From Thermoplasmata archaeon (GTDB taxonomy: Archaea > Thermoplasmatota > Thermoplasmata > Lutacidiplasmatales > UBA184), in contig DATEQS010000045.1 in the NCBI GenBank assembly GCA_035272385.1, forward strand, positions 31,111 through 95,110: 64,000 nt of DNA, written 5' to 3'. The position numbers and the translations under genes were made by a program. This document shows positions 38,957-47,458 of this stretch, piece by piece. The first letter of the stretch is position 1, and each line of letters opens with the position of its first letter. Under the pieces are notes generated by a model. The model saw nothing but the letters and a program-made list of their open reading frames with translations, was not told the origin of the DNA and did no database searches.

Positions 38957-39559
38957 ATGGTCGACTCGTGCTACATTTGCCGACGAACACAAGTGGACCT
39001 GGACCACCTTAACGAAGAGGTCCGTACCCGGGCGTACCTCTCGTATTTCAGCAATGCCCGGAGCCAGATCGAAGATCAGTCGAGGAAGATCAACTTCCTT
39101 CAGCGGATTCAAGACGAGGAGAGTGGAGGCCTGCACTTTCGGATCAACGCCCGACAGGTTTTCAGTGACCCCGAGGCGTACAAGAAGCTCATGCCGTGGA
39201 TTGAGACCCTGATGGACATCGCGAAGGAATCTGCTCAGCAACCGGACGACCCACGGACAATCGGCGAGCTCGTCCCGGAACTCCTCGCTCGGGAGCGGCA
39301 TCTCACATCCCAAATGGAGCAGGGACTGATCGAGCTTCGAGGCGGGTTTGCGACGGGAGGAAAGTCACCGCTTTCTCTCGAAGCGGTCACCTACGCCTTT
39401 CCGGTCGAGTGGACGATCGCCGGATCGCCAATCACCTGGCATGGGAGCCAACCGAGCGACCGGGAACCACTGCGGCGGGACCCCGAGGGGTCGAAAACCC
39501 TCATCGACATCCCGATTCACCTCTGCTCGATTTGCCGAAAGATTATCGGGACGCACTGA
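38957..39559 (+). CDS. hypothetical protein with terminal CxxC pairs
   Basis: ATG at 38957 preceded by GAGGAA. N-terminal CYICRR and C-terminal CSICRK could form a split zinc knuckle. The central region is helical and charged. Confidence 0.6.
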   Translation: MVDSCYICRRTQVDLDHLNEEVRTRAYLSYFSNARSQIEDQSRKINFLQRIQDEESGGLHFRINARQVFSDPEAYKKLMPWIETLMDIAKESAQQPDDPRTIGELVPELLARERHLTSQMEQGLIELRGGFATGGKSPLSLEAVTYAFPVEWTIAGSPITWHGSQPSDREPLRRDPEGSKTLIDIPIHLCSICRKIIGTH

Positions 39560-39635
39560 TCGTTGGGGCCCGGCCGCCGTCGGCTCTAGCTCATCCCACA
39601 AAACATTGATAACCTGACATCTCCAAACCCCCGAG

Positions 39636-39661
39636 TCCACGGGTTGCCTCTAGCCCGTGGA
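39636..39661. promoter_or_regulatory. perfect 8-bp inverted repeat TCCACGGG-N10-CCCGTGGA upstream of amt
   Basis: The element ends 18 nt before the amt GTG. An AT-rich patch (aaaacattgataacc, ~39598-39612) lies ~25-35 nt upstream and is a TATA candidate. Confidence 0.35.
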
Positions 39662-39678
39662 TCGAGGAGAATTAGGCC

Positions 39679-40953
39679 GTGCTGGTCTGCGTCCCCGGAA
39701 CGGCTCTCGCGCCGGCTGTCCCGTGCGACTCGGGGGACATCGCCTGGGTCATCGCGGCGACGGCGCTCGTCATGATCATGACCCCCGGACTGGGGTTCTT
39801 CTACGGCGGTCTGGTCCGGCGGAAGAATCTCGTCTCGACCATCGTCCAATGCATGGCCATCTTCGCGATTGTGAGCCTAGCCTGGGCGCTCTGGGGATAC
39901 ACCATGGCATTCGGCCCCTCCGTCGGGTACGGGTTCATCGGGAACTTCCAGTACTTCGGCCTCAACGGGGTCGGCTCGGCGGCGAATACGGCGTATTCCT
40001 CGACCATCCCGGCCCTTCTGTACTTCGCCTTCCAACTGAAGTTCGCCGCGATTACCCCCGCCCTGATCATCGGTGCGTTCGCCGGGCGGATCCGGCTCAA
40101 GCCCCTGCTCATCTTCATTCTGGCCTGGGTGACGTTCATCTATTTCCCGGTCGCCCACTGGGTGTGGGGAGACGGCGGCTGGCTCCACGTGATGGGAGTC
40201 GAAGACTTTGCGGGCGGGATGGTGGTTCACACCACCGCCGGAGTGAGCGCTCTGGCCGCAGCGCTCGTCATCGGCCGGGGGATCGACTTCGGCAAGGAGA
40301 GTCGCCCCAACAACGTTCCCTATGTAATCCTCGGTACGGCGATCCTGTGGTTCGGTTGGTTCGGGTTCAACGCCGGCAGCTCGCTGTCGGCGAACGATAT
40401 CGCCGTCAACGCCCTCGTCACCACCAACCTCGCGGCCGCCGCGGCCGGTGTGAGCTGGATGATGTTGGATTGGATCTGGAAGGGGAAACCTTCCGCGGTG
40501 GGAATGTGCGTGGGATTCGTCTGCGGTCTGGCCGCGGTAACTCCCGCCGCCGGGTACGTTAGCCCGGCCTTCTCGATGGTGATCGGTGTCGTGGCCGGTA
40601 TCGGATGTAACTTCGTGGTCCGCTGGCGGGCCCGCACTAAGCTCGACGACTCTCTCGACGTCTTCGCCTGCCACGGGGTCGGCGGGATGTGGGGAACGGT
40701 CGCGACCGGCCTCTTCGCGTCCGTGGCCATCAATGCCGCGGGCCAGAACGGTCTAGTGTTCGGGAACGTCCACTTCGCCCTGCTTCAGATGTTTGCCGTG
40801 GCGGTGGTGGCGACCTTCGCCTTCCTCGGGACGTACGCGATCATGCTGGTGATCAACTACTTCTCGCCGTTGCGAGCGAATCCCGAGGAGCAGAAGGCCG
40901 GATTGGACGAGGTCCATTTCGGAGAGGAAGCGTACTACCCCACATCGGAGTAA
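39679..40953 (+). CDS. amt: ammonium transporter
   Basis: DIAWVIAATALVMIMTPGLGFFYGG, AGGMVVHTTAG, FGWFGFNAGS and DVFACHGVGGMWG are Amt signatures. Confidence 0.92.
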   Translation: MLVCVPGTALAPAVPCDSGDIAWVIAATALVMIMTPGLGFFYGGLVRRKNLVSTIVQCMAIFAIVSLAWALWGYTMAFGPSVGYGFIGNFQYFGLNGVGSAANTAYSSTIPALLYFAFQLKFAAITPALIIGAFAGRIRLKPLLIFILAWVTFIYFPVAHWVWGDGGWLHVMGVEDFAGGMVVHTTAGVSALAAALVIGRGIDFGKESRPNNVPYVILGTAILWFGWFGFNAGSSLSANDIAVNALVTTNLAAAAAGVSWMMLDWIWKGKPSAVGMCVGFVCGLAAVTPAAGYVSPAFSMVIGVVAGIGCNFVVRWRARTKLDDSLDVFACHGVGGMWGTVATGLFASVAINAAGQNGLVFGNVHFALLQMFAVAVVATFAFLGTYAIMLVINYFSPLRANPEEQKAGLDEVHFGEEAYYPTSE

Positions 40954-40997
40954 GTGGCATCGGGCAGCGGCGGTCCGCCGTATCGGTAGTGTCTCGG

Positions 40998-42149
40998 TCA
41001 CGCGGCGCTGGGTCCCAGACGAGGTAGGAGACGAATGGCCGGTGGGAGCTCGGCGGGAGGAACGTACTCCGTCACCGGGCGGCCCGCCACCCGAAGAACC
41101 TTCGCGGCGACTCCACGGCAGTACCCGCACACCTCGCACGTCGTATGCTCGCAATCTACGGCCGCGATGTGCCGAAGGAAATCGGGAGGGAACGCTTGGT
41201 TGTCGATCGTGAGCTCCGACAGAGGGCCGAACGCCCGGGCCAGGGCGAGGGCCTCTTCCCCGTCCGGACCCGCTCCGATTCGTTGCAAGGCGGCGGAGGG
41301 TCCTTTGACCTGTACGAGGCTCAGGATATCCGCAAGGTTGCCCACGTACGATCGATGGGCATAGGCTCGTGCGGACCGTAGGAGCCAAGCGGTGGAGCGG
41401 TTCCGGCCGGAGACCTTGAAGCGTGTCACGCCCGCCTCCTCGAACACGGCGAGGTCCTCCGGCCGCACGAAGATCCCCGAGATGAGCTTGGCCGGGTCCC
41501 GTACGTACTCAAGGCCGCATTCGAGGATCGGATACTCGAACGCCGGGCACGGGGCGTCGGGCTGCGAAGCGAGTGAGCTCGTGTTCAGATGATGGCCTCG
41601 ATACGGGCAGGAGGGCAGGCAGCTCTGGTTGACCAGGACTTCCACCTCGGCCCCCAGACGAATGAGACCGCGGATGAGGCGGAAATCTCGGTTTCCCTCC
41701 TCGAGGATGATCGTCCGTGCCCCGAGTTTGAGGAAGTATTCGGCCTGGGTGACGGTCCGAATGCGGGCGAACGTGGAGACCGAGATCGGAACGTCCGGGT
41801 ATTCCGTCCGGATCGCTTCAATGAGTGCGGGTAGCGCGACGACGAACCCATCCACCCCGAGGTCGATGAGGTCCCCCACCTCCCGAAGGAATCGGTCGAC
41901 ATATCCCGGGCCGTACTCCTTCAGCCCGAGGTCGTTGCTGTTGAGCGTGGCGAAGAACTGGCGCGAATGCCGGTGAACCATCTTGAGATGGGCGCGGAAG
42001 CGCTCCCGGTCCACCGCGGGGAGGATCTGAGGAGGGCGTCCGCCTCCCGTCAACTGTATCGGGAACCCACCGAAGAACGTGGACACCGGCAGGTCCGCTG
42101 TCTCCTCGATCAGTCGGTCGTCGAAGTTGGACGCAAGGACGATTTGCAT
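40998..42149 (-). CDS. U32 family protein (collagenase-like peptidase / Fe-S hydroxylase family)
   Basis: ATG verified at 42149 (MQIVLASNF). TIM-barrel-like repeat pattern and Cys motifs LVNQSCLPSCPYRGHH, PCPAFEYPILECG, CEHTTCEVCGYC. The upstream part of the long ORF was rejected. Confidence 0.75.
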   Translation of the reverse strand: MQIVLASNFDDRLIEETADLPVSTFFGGFPIQLTGGGRPPQILPAVDRERFRAHLKMVHRHSRQFFATLNSNDLGLKEYGPGYVDRFLREVGDLIDLGVDGFVVALPALIEAIRTEYPDVPISVSTFARIRTVTQAEYFLKLGARTIILEEGNRDFRLIRGLIRLGAEVEVLVNQSCLPSCPYRGHHLNTSSLASQPDAPCPAFEYPILECGLEYVRDPAKLISGIFVRPEDLAVFEEAGVTRFKVSGRNRSTAWLLRSARAYAHRSYVGNLADILSLVQVKGPSAALQRIGAGPDGEEALALARAFGPLSELTIDNQAFPPDFLRHIAAVDCEHTTCEVCGYCRGVAAKVLRVAGRPVTEYVPPAELPPAIRLLPRLGPSAA

Positions 42150-42237
42150 CGACCCGGGCACGGCGAGCGGTATGTGAGCCGGCCCCCGCACCGGTGCGGT
42201 CGAAGTAACTTGGCCCGGGACGGGTTCGGACGGTCGA

Positions 42238-42684
42238 ATGTCCGAAGTTGTGCATGTCGCTCCTTCGCTCCTCGCGGTACGGCGCGAGATCGAGGAGATC
42301 GACCGAGTGCTCGTCCTCCTTGTCGCGGCACGGGTCGACGCCGCGTGTTCGGCCATCCGCATCCGTTCGGAATCGGACGGACCAATCTCGGACCCGGTCC
42401 AGGAAGCGGTCGTCATCGCCCGAGCGCAAGTCTGGGCGAAGCGGGCCGGACTCTCCCCGGCGCTCGCGGAGACCATCTTCCGTGCCGTCCTCGCTGCCGG
42501 AAAGGATCGAGTCGCAACCTCACGCGGCCCGCACGAAACGGTTTCCAAGTCAACTCACGAGCGCGCATCCTCCCGAGCTCGTCATCGAGTTCCGGCCCGT
42601 GCGAGCCCCCCGCATCACGAAATCCCGGGACCCCGATCCCGACGTAGGCCCTTCCTCTTCCGGCGACAATTTCCCGCCGGCTAG
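42238..42684 (+). CDS. chorismate mutase (AroQ class), stand-alone
   Basis: LLAVRREIEEIDRVLVLLVAARVDAA ... PISDPVQEAVV ... LAETIFRAVL parallels AroQ helices (LxxxRxxIDxID, xxR, DPxxE). Has a ~55-aa basic C-terminal tail. Confidence 0.62.
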   Translation: MSEVVHVAPSLLAVRREIEEIDRVLVLLVAARVDAACSAIRIRSESDGPISDPVQEAVVIARAQVWAKRAGLSPALAETIFRAVLAAGKDRVATSRGPHETVSKSTHERASSRARHRVPARASPPHHEIPGPRSRRRPFLFRRQFPAG

Positions 42685-42697
42685 CGGTTCGCGTCGT

Positions 42698-43369
42698 CTA
42701 GGGGGGTCGGTCCCCAGTCGGCTCTGTTTGAAATCTCTGGGCAGCCAACTTCGTGGTGGCCTTCCGAAGGAGCTCGAGAGCGGTCGAACGACCGACGCCG
42801 AGTCGGGTCGCGATCGTAGAGAGGGATGCCCTCCGCGGATAGTCAAAGTACCCGAGCTCGAACGCGAGCCTCAACGCCCTTTCCTGCCGTCCCGTGAGCC
42901 CCCAACGTTTCCGGTACGCACCCGCCCGGACTAGTGTCGGCCGAGGCTTTCCATACCGAGCAGACGCCGTGAGGAGGCGACGGGCGTCGACGATCTGGGG
43001 AACCAACACGTTCCAGGTGGTCGATCCCCCCGGGGCGGTCGTGCCGGAGAAGGGGCAGCTGATGCAAAAATCGCCCCGATCAAATGCAGCGGAGCAGATT
43101 GAGGGCATGGGGACGGCCACGCGAAGGAGTGCCCGGTCCCGCCCGAGGCTCGCCACGGCGAGCTCCCGTGCAGCGAGACGGGCCCGCAGCCGATGGACCA
43201 CCGGACCGATGCCGGTTCCGTTTGTTTCTACCTCGAAGAGCCGGACGAGACGACGCCGTCCTCGGTCGGCCGGTCGGCAGCCAAGGAGCCGAAATGCAAC
43301 GCCTTGGGTCCGTAGCGTCTCGGTAACCCAGTCATCTCCCTCGACCCCGCTCAAGGCGATTTCCACCAT
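42698..43369 (-). CDS. HTH_10 (Bat-type) transcriptional regulator
   Basis: ATG verified at 43369. C-terminal LTGRQERALRLAFELGYFDYPRRASLSTIATRLGVGRSTALELLRKA. The sensor half carries C-x10-C-x2-C (ICSAAFDRGDFCISCPF). Confidence 0.75.
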   Translation of the reverse strand: MVEIALSGVEGDDWVTETLRTQGVAFRLLGCRPADRGRRRLVRLFEVETNGTGIGPVVHRLRARLAARELAVASLGRDRALLRVAVPMPSICSAAFDRGDFCISCPFSGTTAPGGSTTWNVLVPQIVDARRLLTASARYGKPRPTLVRAGAYRKRWGLTGRQERALRLAFELGYFDYPRRASLSTIATRLGVGRSTALELLRKATTKLAAQRFQTEPTGDRPP

Positions 43370-43565
43370 CGGGAGCGGCTCGGCCGGCTCGAGACTTGAG
43401 CGTGGGCGGCTCTTCGGGACGGAGACCGGGGTCCGGACGCGAGGCTCGGGCATTCCAGGTTCCTCAGCGGTTCGGGGGTTCGCCCCGTATTTGGGGAACC
43501 CGTCGGGCTCGATTGACGCGAGTTTCGTTCCGGCGACCTTGACGGCAGTGGCCGTCGGAGGAAGA

Positions 43566-44633
43566 CTAGGCGACGGGAGTGGCGAACGTCGGAATGTAAT
43601 CTTCGGGAGGCCGGCCCACGATGGGTATCTTCTCTCCGCACTTGCGGCAGCAATTCTCAGCGTCCAGGCGCCAGGACTGGATCGTGAACCCGAATCGGCG
43701 AACCACGACGCTACCGCATCGGGGACAGTACGTGTGCTCGAGCGGATGACCCCACACATTGCCGAGGTAGACGTAGTCGAGGCCCTCGGCTTTCGCTACC
43801 TTGTGAAGCTTCTCTAAGGTCGCGACCGGGGTTTCGGGGAGGTCCATCATCTTGTAATCGGGGTGGAACCGAAGGAGGTGGAAGGGAGTGGAGGAACCCA
43901 GCTCGTCCCGGATGAACCGGGCCAGCTTCTGCGTCGCTTCGACCGATTCACCGACCTCGGGCACAATCAGGTTGGTCACCTCCACGTGCACCCCCCGCTT
44001 CTTCAGGTCGACGGCCGATTCGAAGATCGGTTCGGGCCCCTTCGCGGAAACGTACTTCCGTAGGAAACCCGGCTCGCCGCTCCCTTTGAAATCGACGCTG
44101 ACGGCGTCGAGATGCGGTCCGATCATTCCGACTGCCTCGGGGGTCATGTAGCCGTTCGTGACGAAGTTCGCGAAGAGTCCCGCCTTGTGCGCCTCCACGA
44201 TCACGTCGAGGGCGTATTCGGCGAAGATGGACGGTTCGTTGTACGTGAACGTCACTCCGCTGCACCCGAACCTCTTGGCTTGAGTCACCGCGGCGTGCGG
44301 GGGGAGGGACCGACCCACGACCTCCCGCTCTTGGCTGATCTCCGCGTTCTGACAGTACAGGCACCGCCAATTGCATCCGACCGTTCCGATCGAGAACACC
44401 CGAGTGCCGGGATGAAAATGCGAGAGCGGTTTCTTCTCGATCGGGTCGACCTGCACGGCGGAGGCCCTGCCGTAACTCAGAAGCACCAAGCGACCACCCA
44501 CGTTCTTGCGGACGAAGCAGAATCCGTGCGACCCTTCCGGTATTGTGCAGTAGCGAGCGCATGCCGTGCATCGCACCTTCCGGTCGGAGAGCGGCTGGTA
44601 GAGGGAGGCGGGATGTCCGACCAGGGCGGCCAT
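43566..44633 (-). CDS. AmmeMemoRadiSam-system radical SAM enzyme
   Basis: VRCTACARYCTIPEGSHGFCFVRKN, DPIEKKPLSHFHPG and the CxxxCxxC box GCNWRCLYCQN. C-terminal zinc ribbon CPRCG...CRKCG. ATG at 44633 preceded by GAGGAG. Confidence 0.88.
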   Translation of the reverse strand: MAALVGHPASLYQPLSDRKVRCTACARYCTIPEGSHGFCFVRKNVGGRLVLLSYGRASAVQVDPIEKKPLSHFHPGTRVFSIGTVGCNWRCLYCQNAEISQEREVVGRSLPPHAAVTQAKRFGCSGVTFTYNEPSIFAEYALDVIVEAHKAGLFANFVTNGYMTPEAVGMIGPHLDAVSVDFKGSGEPGFLRKYVSAKGPEPIFESAVDLKKRGVHVEVTNLIVPEVGESVEATQKLARFIRDELGSSTPFHLLRFHPDYKMMDLPETPVATLEKLHKVAKAEGLDYVYLGNVWGHPLEHTYCPRCGSVVVRRFGFTIQSWRLDAENCCRKCGEKIPIVGRPPEDYIPTFATPVA

Positions 44634-44737
44634 GGGTTCTCTCCTCGTGTACAAGGTCCTGCGGGACGATAAGGGTCGCCCCGTGCCGGCGGCTCGAGCC
44701 GAAGGTTCATCTGCGCCGGAACGTCCCCGGACCTGTG

Positions 44738-46150
44738 ATGACCGGCCCCGGGGGAGCTCCTGCGAACGCTGCGGAAGCGGAAGCGGTCGAGCGGGAAGTA
44801 GGTCATCGAATCACTCCGTCGGCTCAGTTTCTGGACCGCGTGGCGCAGGTGCGGGTCGCGCTCGTCGAGCGGGTGACCGCTGTGGCCCGCGCGCGGTCGA
44901 GTTCGCTCGTCCGGGCGCTGGTCGCCGGCAGTGCCGCGCGCGGGACGTTCCTGCAGGACCGTCTGGACGTGGACCTGTTCCTGCTCTTTCCGCCCGACTT
45001 ATCGCGCGATCGGCTCCGCGAGGAGGGGCTGGCCCTCGGCCGGGCGGTCCTCTCGAACCCCGAGACCCGGTACGCGGAGCACCCGTACCTCCGGGGAACG
45101 TTCGAGGGGTTCACGGTCGACGCCGTGCCCGGTTTCGCGATCACCGACCCCTCGCATCCCCTCTCCCCGGTCGATCGGACCCCCTTCCACCAGGAATACC
45201 TCTCTGCCCGAGAGACTCCGGAGCTCGTGGGCCAGGTCCGGCTCGCGAAGCAGTTCTTCCGGTCGCTCGGCGTCTACGGTTCGGAGGCCAGGACGGAAGG
45301 GTTCTCGGGTTATCTTGTCGAGCTCCTCGTGATCCGCTTCGGGTCTCTGCGCGGAGTCCTCGGTGCGGCGCGCGACTGGAGGGTTCCCGTTCGTCTCACG
45401 GAGCCTGGAAAGGAACCACCGAGGCTGCCGCCGGAGGTGGCGCTCGTCCTCGCGGACCCCGTCGACCCGAATCGCAACGTCGCGAGTGCGCTCTCGAGGC
45501 GGAACCTCGGTTTGTTCATCCTCGCGGCCGGGGCCTATCTCGATCAGCCTTCGGCGCGGTTCTTCGAACCCAGACCAAACGCACCCCTTTCAAAGGAGGC
45601 GGCGACCGCCATCGTCCGCGCCCGAGGGACCCACGTCACGGTCGCGGTGCTTCCCCGTCCCGACCTCGTGGACGACACGCTCTACCCTCAAGTGCGGAAG
45701 GCCGCCCGCGCGGTCGCGGACGAACTCGCCCGCTCCGAGTTCGCGGTCCTCGGAGAAGCGAGCGCGGCGGACGCGAGCTCGGTGGTCATCACGGTGGAGG
45801 TGGCGCATCCTCGGCGGCCCCTGGTGCGGGTCCAGGATGGACCCCCGGCCGGCGTCGACCGGGCGGGTCACTTCCTCGAGAAGTGGGGCACGAAGGATTC
45901 ACCGGTCCTCCAAGGACCGTACGTCCGCCCCGACGGAAGCCTAGGGGTGGATACCCACCGCGCCGAGCGCGACGCGGAGGTGGTGCTGCTCGCGGCGTTC
46001 CCACGACTCTCCCTCGGAAAGGACCTCACGCCCAAAGAATCGGGTCTCTACCAGGTCCGATCCCTCGGGGAGGCCGACGAGACCCCGGCGTTGGGGGAAG
46101 CTCTCCGGGAGCTCCTTGCGAAGCGGCTTCCCTGGCTCGACGTGCGGTAA
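44738..46150 (+). CDS. cca: CCA-adding tRNA nucleotidyltransferase (archaeal class I)
   Basis: GSAARGTFLQDRLDVDLFLLFP (nucleotidyltransferase G[SG]...DxD) and YAEHPYLRGTFEGFTVDAVP. 470 aa from the ATG at 44738. Confidence 0.88.
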   Translation: MTGPGGAPANAAEAEAVEREVGHRITPSAQFLDRVAQVRVALVERVTAVARARSSSLVRALVAGSAARGTFLQDRLDVDLFLLFPPDLSRDRLREEGLALGRAVLSNPETRYAEHPYLRGTFEGFTVDAVPGFAITDPSHPLSPVDRTPFHQEYLSARETPELVGQVRLAKQFFRSLGVYGSEARTEGFSGYLVELLVIRFGSLRGVLGAARDWRVPVRLTEPGKEPPRLPPEVALVLADPVDPNRNVASALSRRNLGLFILAAGAYLDQPSARFFEPRPNAPLSKEAATAIVRARGTHVTVAVLPRPDLVDDTLYPQVRKAARAVADELARSEFAVLGEASAADASSVVITVEVAHPRRPLVRVQDGPPAGVDRAGHFLEKWGTKDSPVLQGPYVRPDGSLGVDTHRAERDAEVVLLAAFPRLSLGKDLTPKESGLYQVRSLGEADETPALGEALRELLAKRLPWLDVR

Positions 46151-46151
46151 G

Positions 46152-46517
46152 TTACAGGGCGCCCGGCGACAGATTCAGTAGGACGAACCAGAGCGCCAGC
46201 CACGCGAAGAACACGAGCGCGATCAGGCCGGCCCAGTCCCCTTTGGTGTAGACGGAGGACTTGACTCGAAGCCGCCGTATCAGAAACGGGCTCAGGGCGA
46301 CCAGGAAAATCCCGATCGGGAGCACGGCATACGGCAAAAGTCCCGAGATCGTCAGGGCCCAGCTGAGGATGCCCAAGAGGACCGCGTACCCTCCCGCGAG
46401 ACCGAGCGCCACGGTGAGCTCGAACTCTTTGTTCACGAAGGCCACTTCGTCGAAGACCGGGAACTCGAAAGCGTCCGCCTCCTCTTCTTCCAGCTTTCGG
46501 CGGACCTTCTTCGCCAT
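46152..46517 (-). CDS. membrane protein, hypothetical
   Basis: Acidic N-terminus followed by 3-4 TM helices. The start lies 3 nt after the lipA stop, so it is in the operon. Confidence 0.62.
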   Translation of the reverse strand: MAKKVRRKLEEEEADAFEFPVFDEVAFVNKEFELTVALGLAGGYAVLLGILSWALTISGLLPYAVLPIGIFLVALSPFLIRRLRVKSSVYTKGDWAGLIALVFFAWLALWFVLLNLSPGAL

Positions 46518-46520
46518 CGG

Positions 46521-47435
46521 TTACCCTCTGCGAGCGGCGTGGGCGCTCCGGTAGAGTTCCTCGGCCCGGTAGGAACTTCGCACGAGGGGGCCGCAGGCCG
46601 CGCCCAGGAAGCCGAGAGAAAGTGCGGTCCCCTGCCACTGGGAAAACTCCTCCGGGGGGACGAAGCGGTGGACCGGGCGGTGAGCGGCGCTCGGACGAAG
46701 GTATTGGCCGAGGGTAAGGAGGTCCACGTCCGCGGTTCTTAGGTCGCGCAGAGCGTCCTCGAGTTCCGAGTCGGTCTCACCGAGGCCGAGCATGACGGAG
46801 CTCTTGGTGACCAGTCCCGCGGGGCCGAGGCGACGGGCCAATCGAAGAACGCGCAAAGAACGGTCGTAACTCGCGCGCGGGTCGCGGACTTGGGGGCTGA
46901 GCGACCGAACCGTCTCGAGGTTGTGCGCGAGGACGTCCGGCGGGGATTCGAGAAGTTGGCGAAGCGAATCCTCCTGCTCTGCCAGATCTCCGATCAACAA
47001 CTCGACCAAGGTCCCGGGGGACTCAGCACGAATCCGACGCACGGTGTCGGCCATGACCGCGGCCCCTCCGTCGTCAAGGTCGTCACGACAGACCTGGGTC
47101 AGGACCACGTACCGCAGTCCCCAGCGACGGACCGCTTCGGCGACGCGCGACGGTTCCGACCGGTCCACGACGCCCCGAGGCCAGTGGGTGGTGACCGCGC
47201 AGAACGAGCAGCGACGGGTGCAGTCGGTCCCCAGGAGCATCAGGGTCGCAGCCCCCGCCGACCAGCATTCGGGAAGGTTGGGGCACCGCGCCTCCCGGCA
47301 CACCGTATCGAGTCCGAGCTCTCCAAGGATCCCTTTTACCTCGGGATAAGCCGCTCCGCGCGGGGGGCGAACGCGAATCCACTCGGGCAGAGCGGAGGAG
47401 TCGATTGCCGGCGTCGGAGTGGACGAGCTTGACAC
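46521..47435 (-). CDS. lipA: lipoyl synthase
   Basis: CREARCPNLPEC (auxiliary cluster) and CTRRCSFC (radical SAM CxxxCxxC). Confidence 0.92.
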   Translation of the reverse strand: MSSSSTPTPAIDSSALPEWIRVRPPRGAAYPEVKGILGELGLDTVCREARCPNLPECWSAGAATLMLLGTDCTRRCSFCAVTTHWPRGVVDRSEPSRVAEAVRRWGLRYVVLTQVCRDDLDDGGAAVMADTVRRIRAESPGTLVELLIGDLAEQEDSLRQLLESPPDVLAHNLETVRSLSPQVRDPRASYDRSLRVLRLARRLGPAGLVTKSSVMLGLGETDSELEDALRDLRTADVDLLTLGQYLRPSAAHRPVHRFVPPEEFSQWQGTALSLGFLGAACGPLVRSSYRAEELYRSAHAARRG

Positions 47436-47458
47436 GTCCGTCCGACCCGCGAGAGGGT

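Noticed and set aside
37475-39678. Integrase gene or att-site direct repeat of the tRNA-Leu 3' end bounding the lower-GC islet
   Set aside because: No integrase or recombinase-like ORF is present. I could not find a repeat of GGTTCGAATCCTGGCCCCGGCA at the amt-proximal border. The islet is therefore reported only as compositionally deviant, not as a defined mobile element.
40954-40997. Expected glnK (PII) gene downstream of amt
   Set aside because: Only 44 nt separate amt from the convergent U32 gene. No PII-like ORF exists there.
42150-42548. N-terminal extension of the U32 ORF, and similarly 48617..49180 for cdc6, 15014..15907 for the small secreted protein and 16817..16933 for the Pat-like gene
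   Set aside because: The extensions are low-complexity and overlap neighbouring genes or promoters. Internal ATGs give proteins of family-typical length that start at conserved N-terminal motifs.
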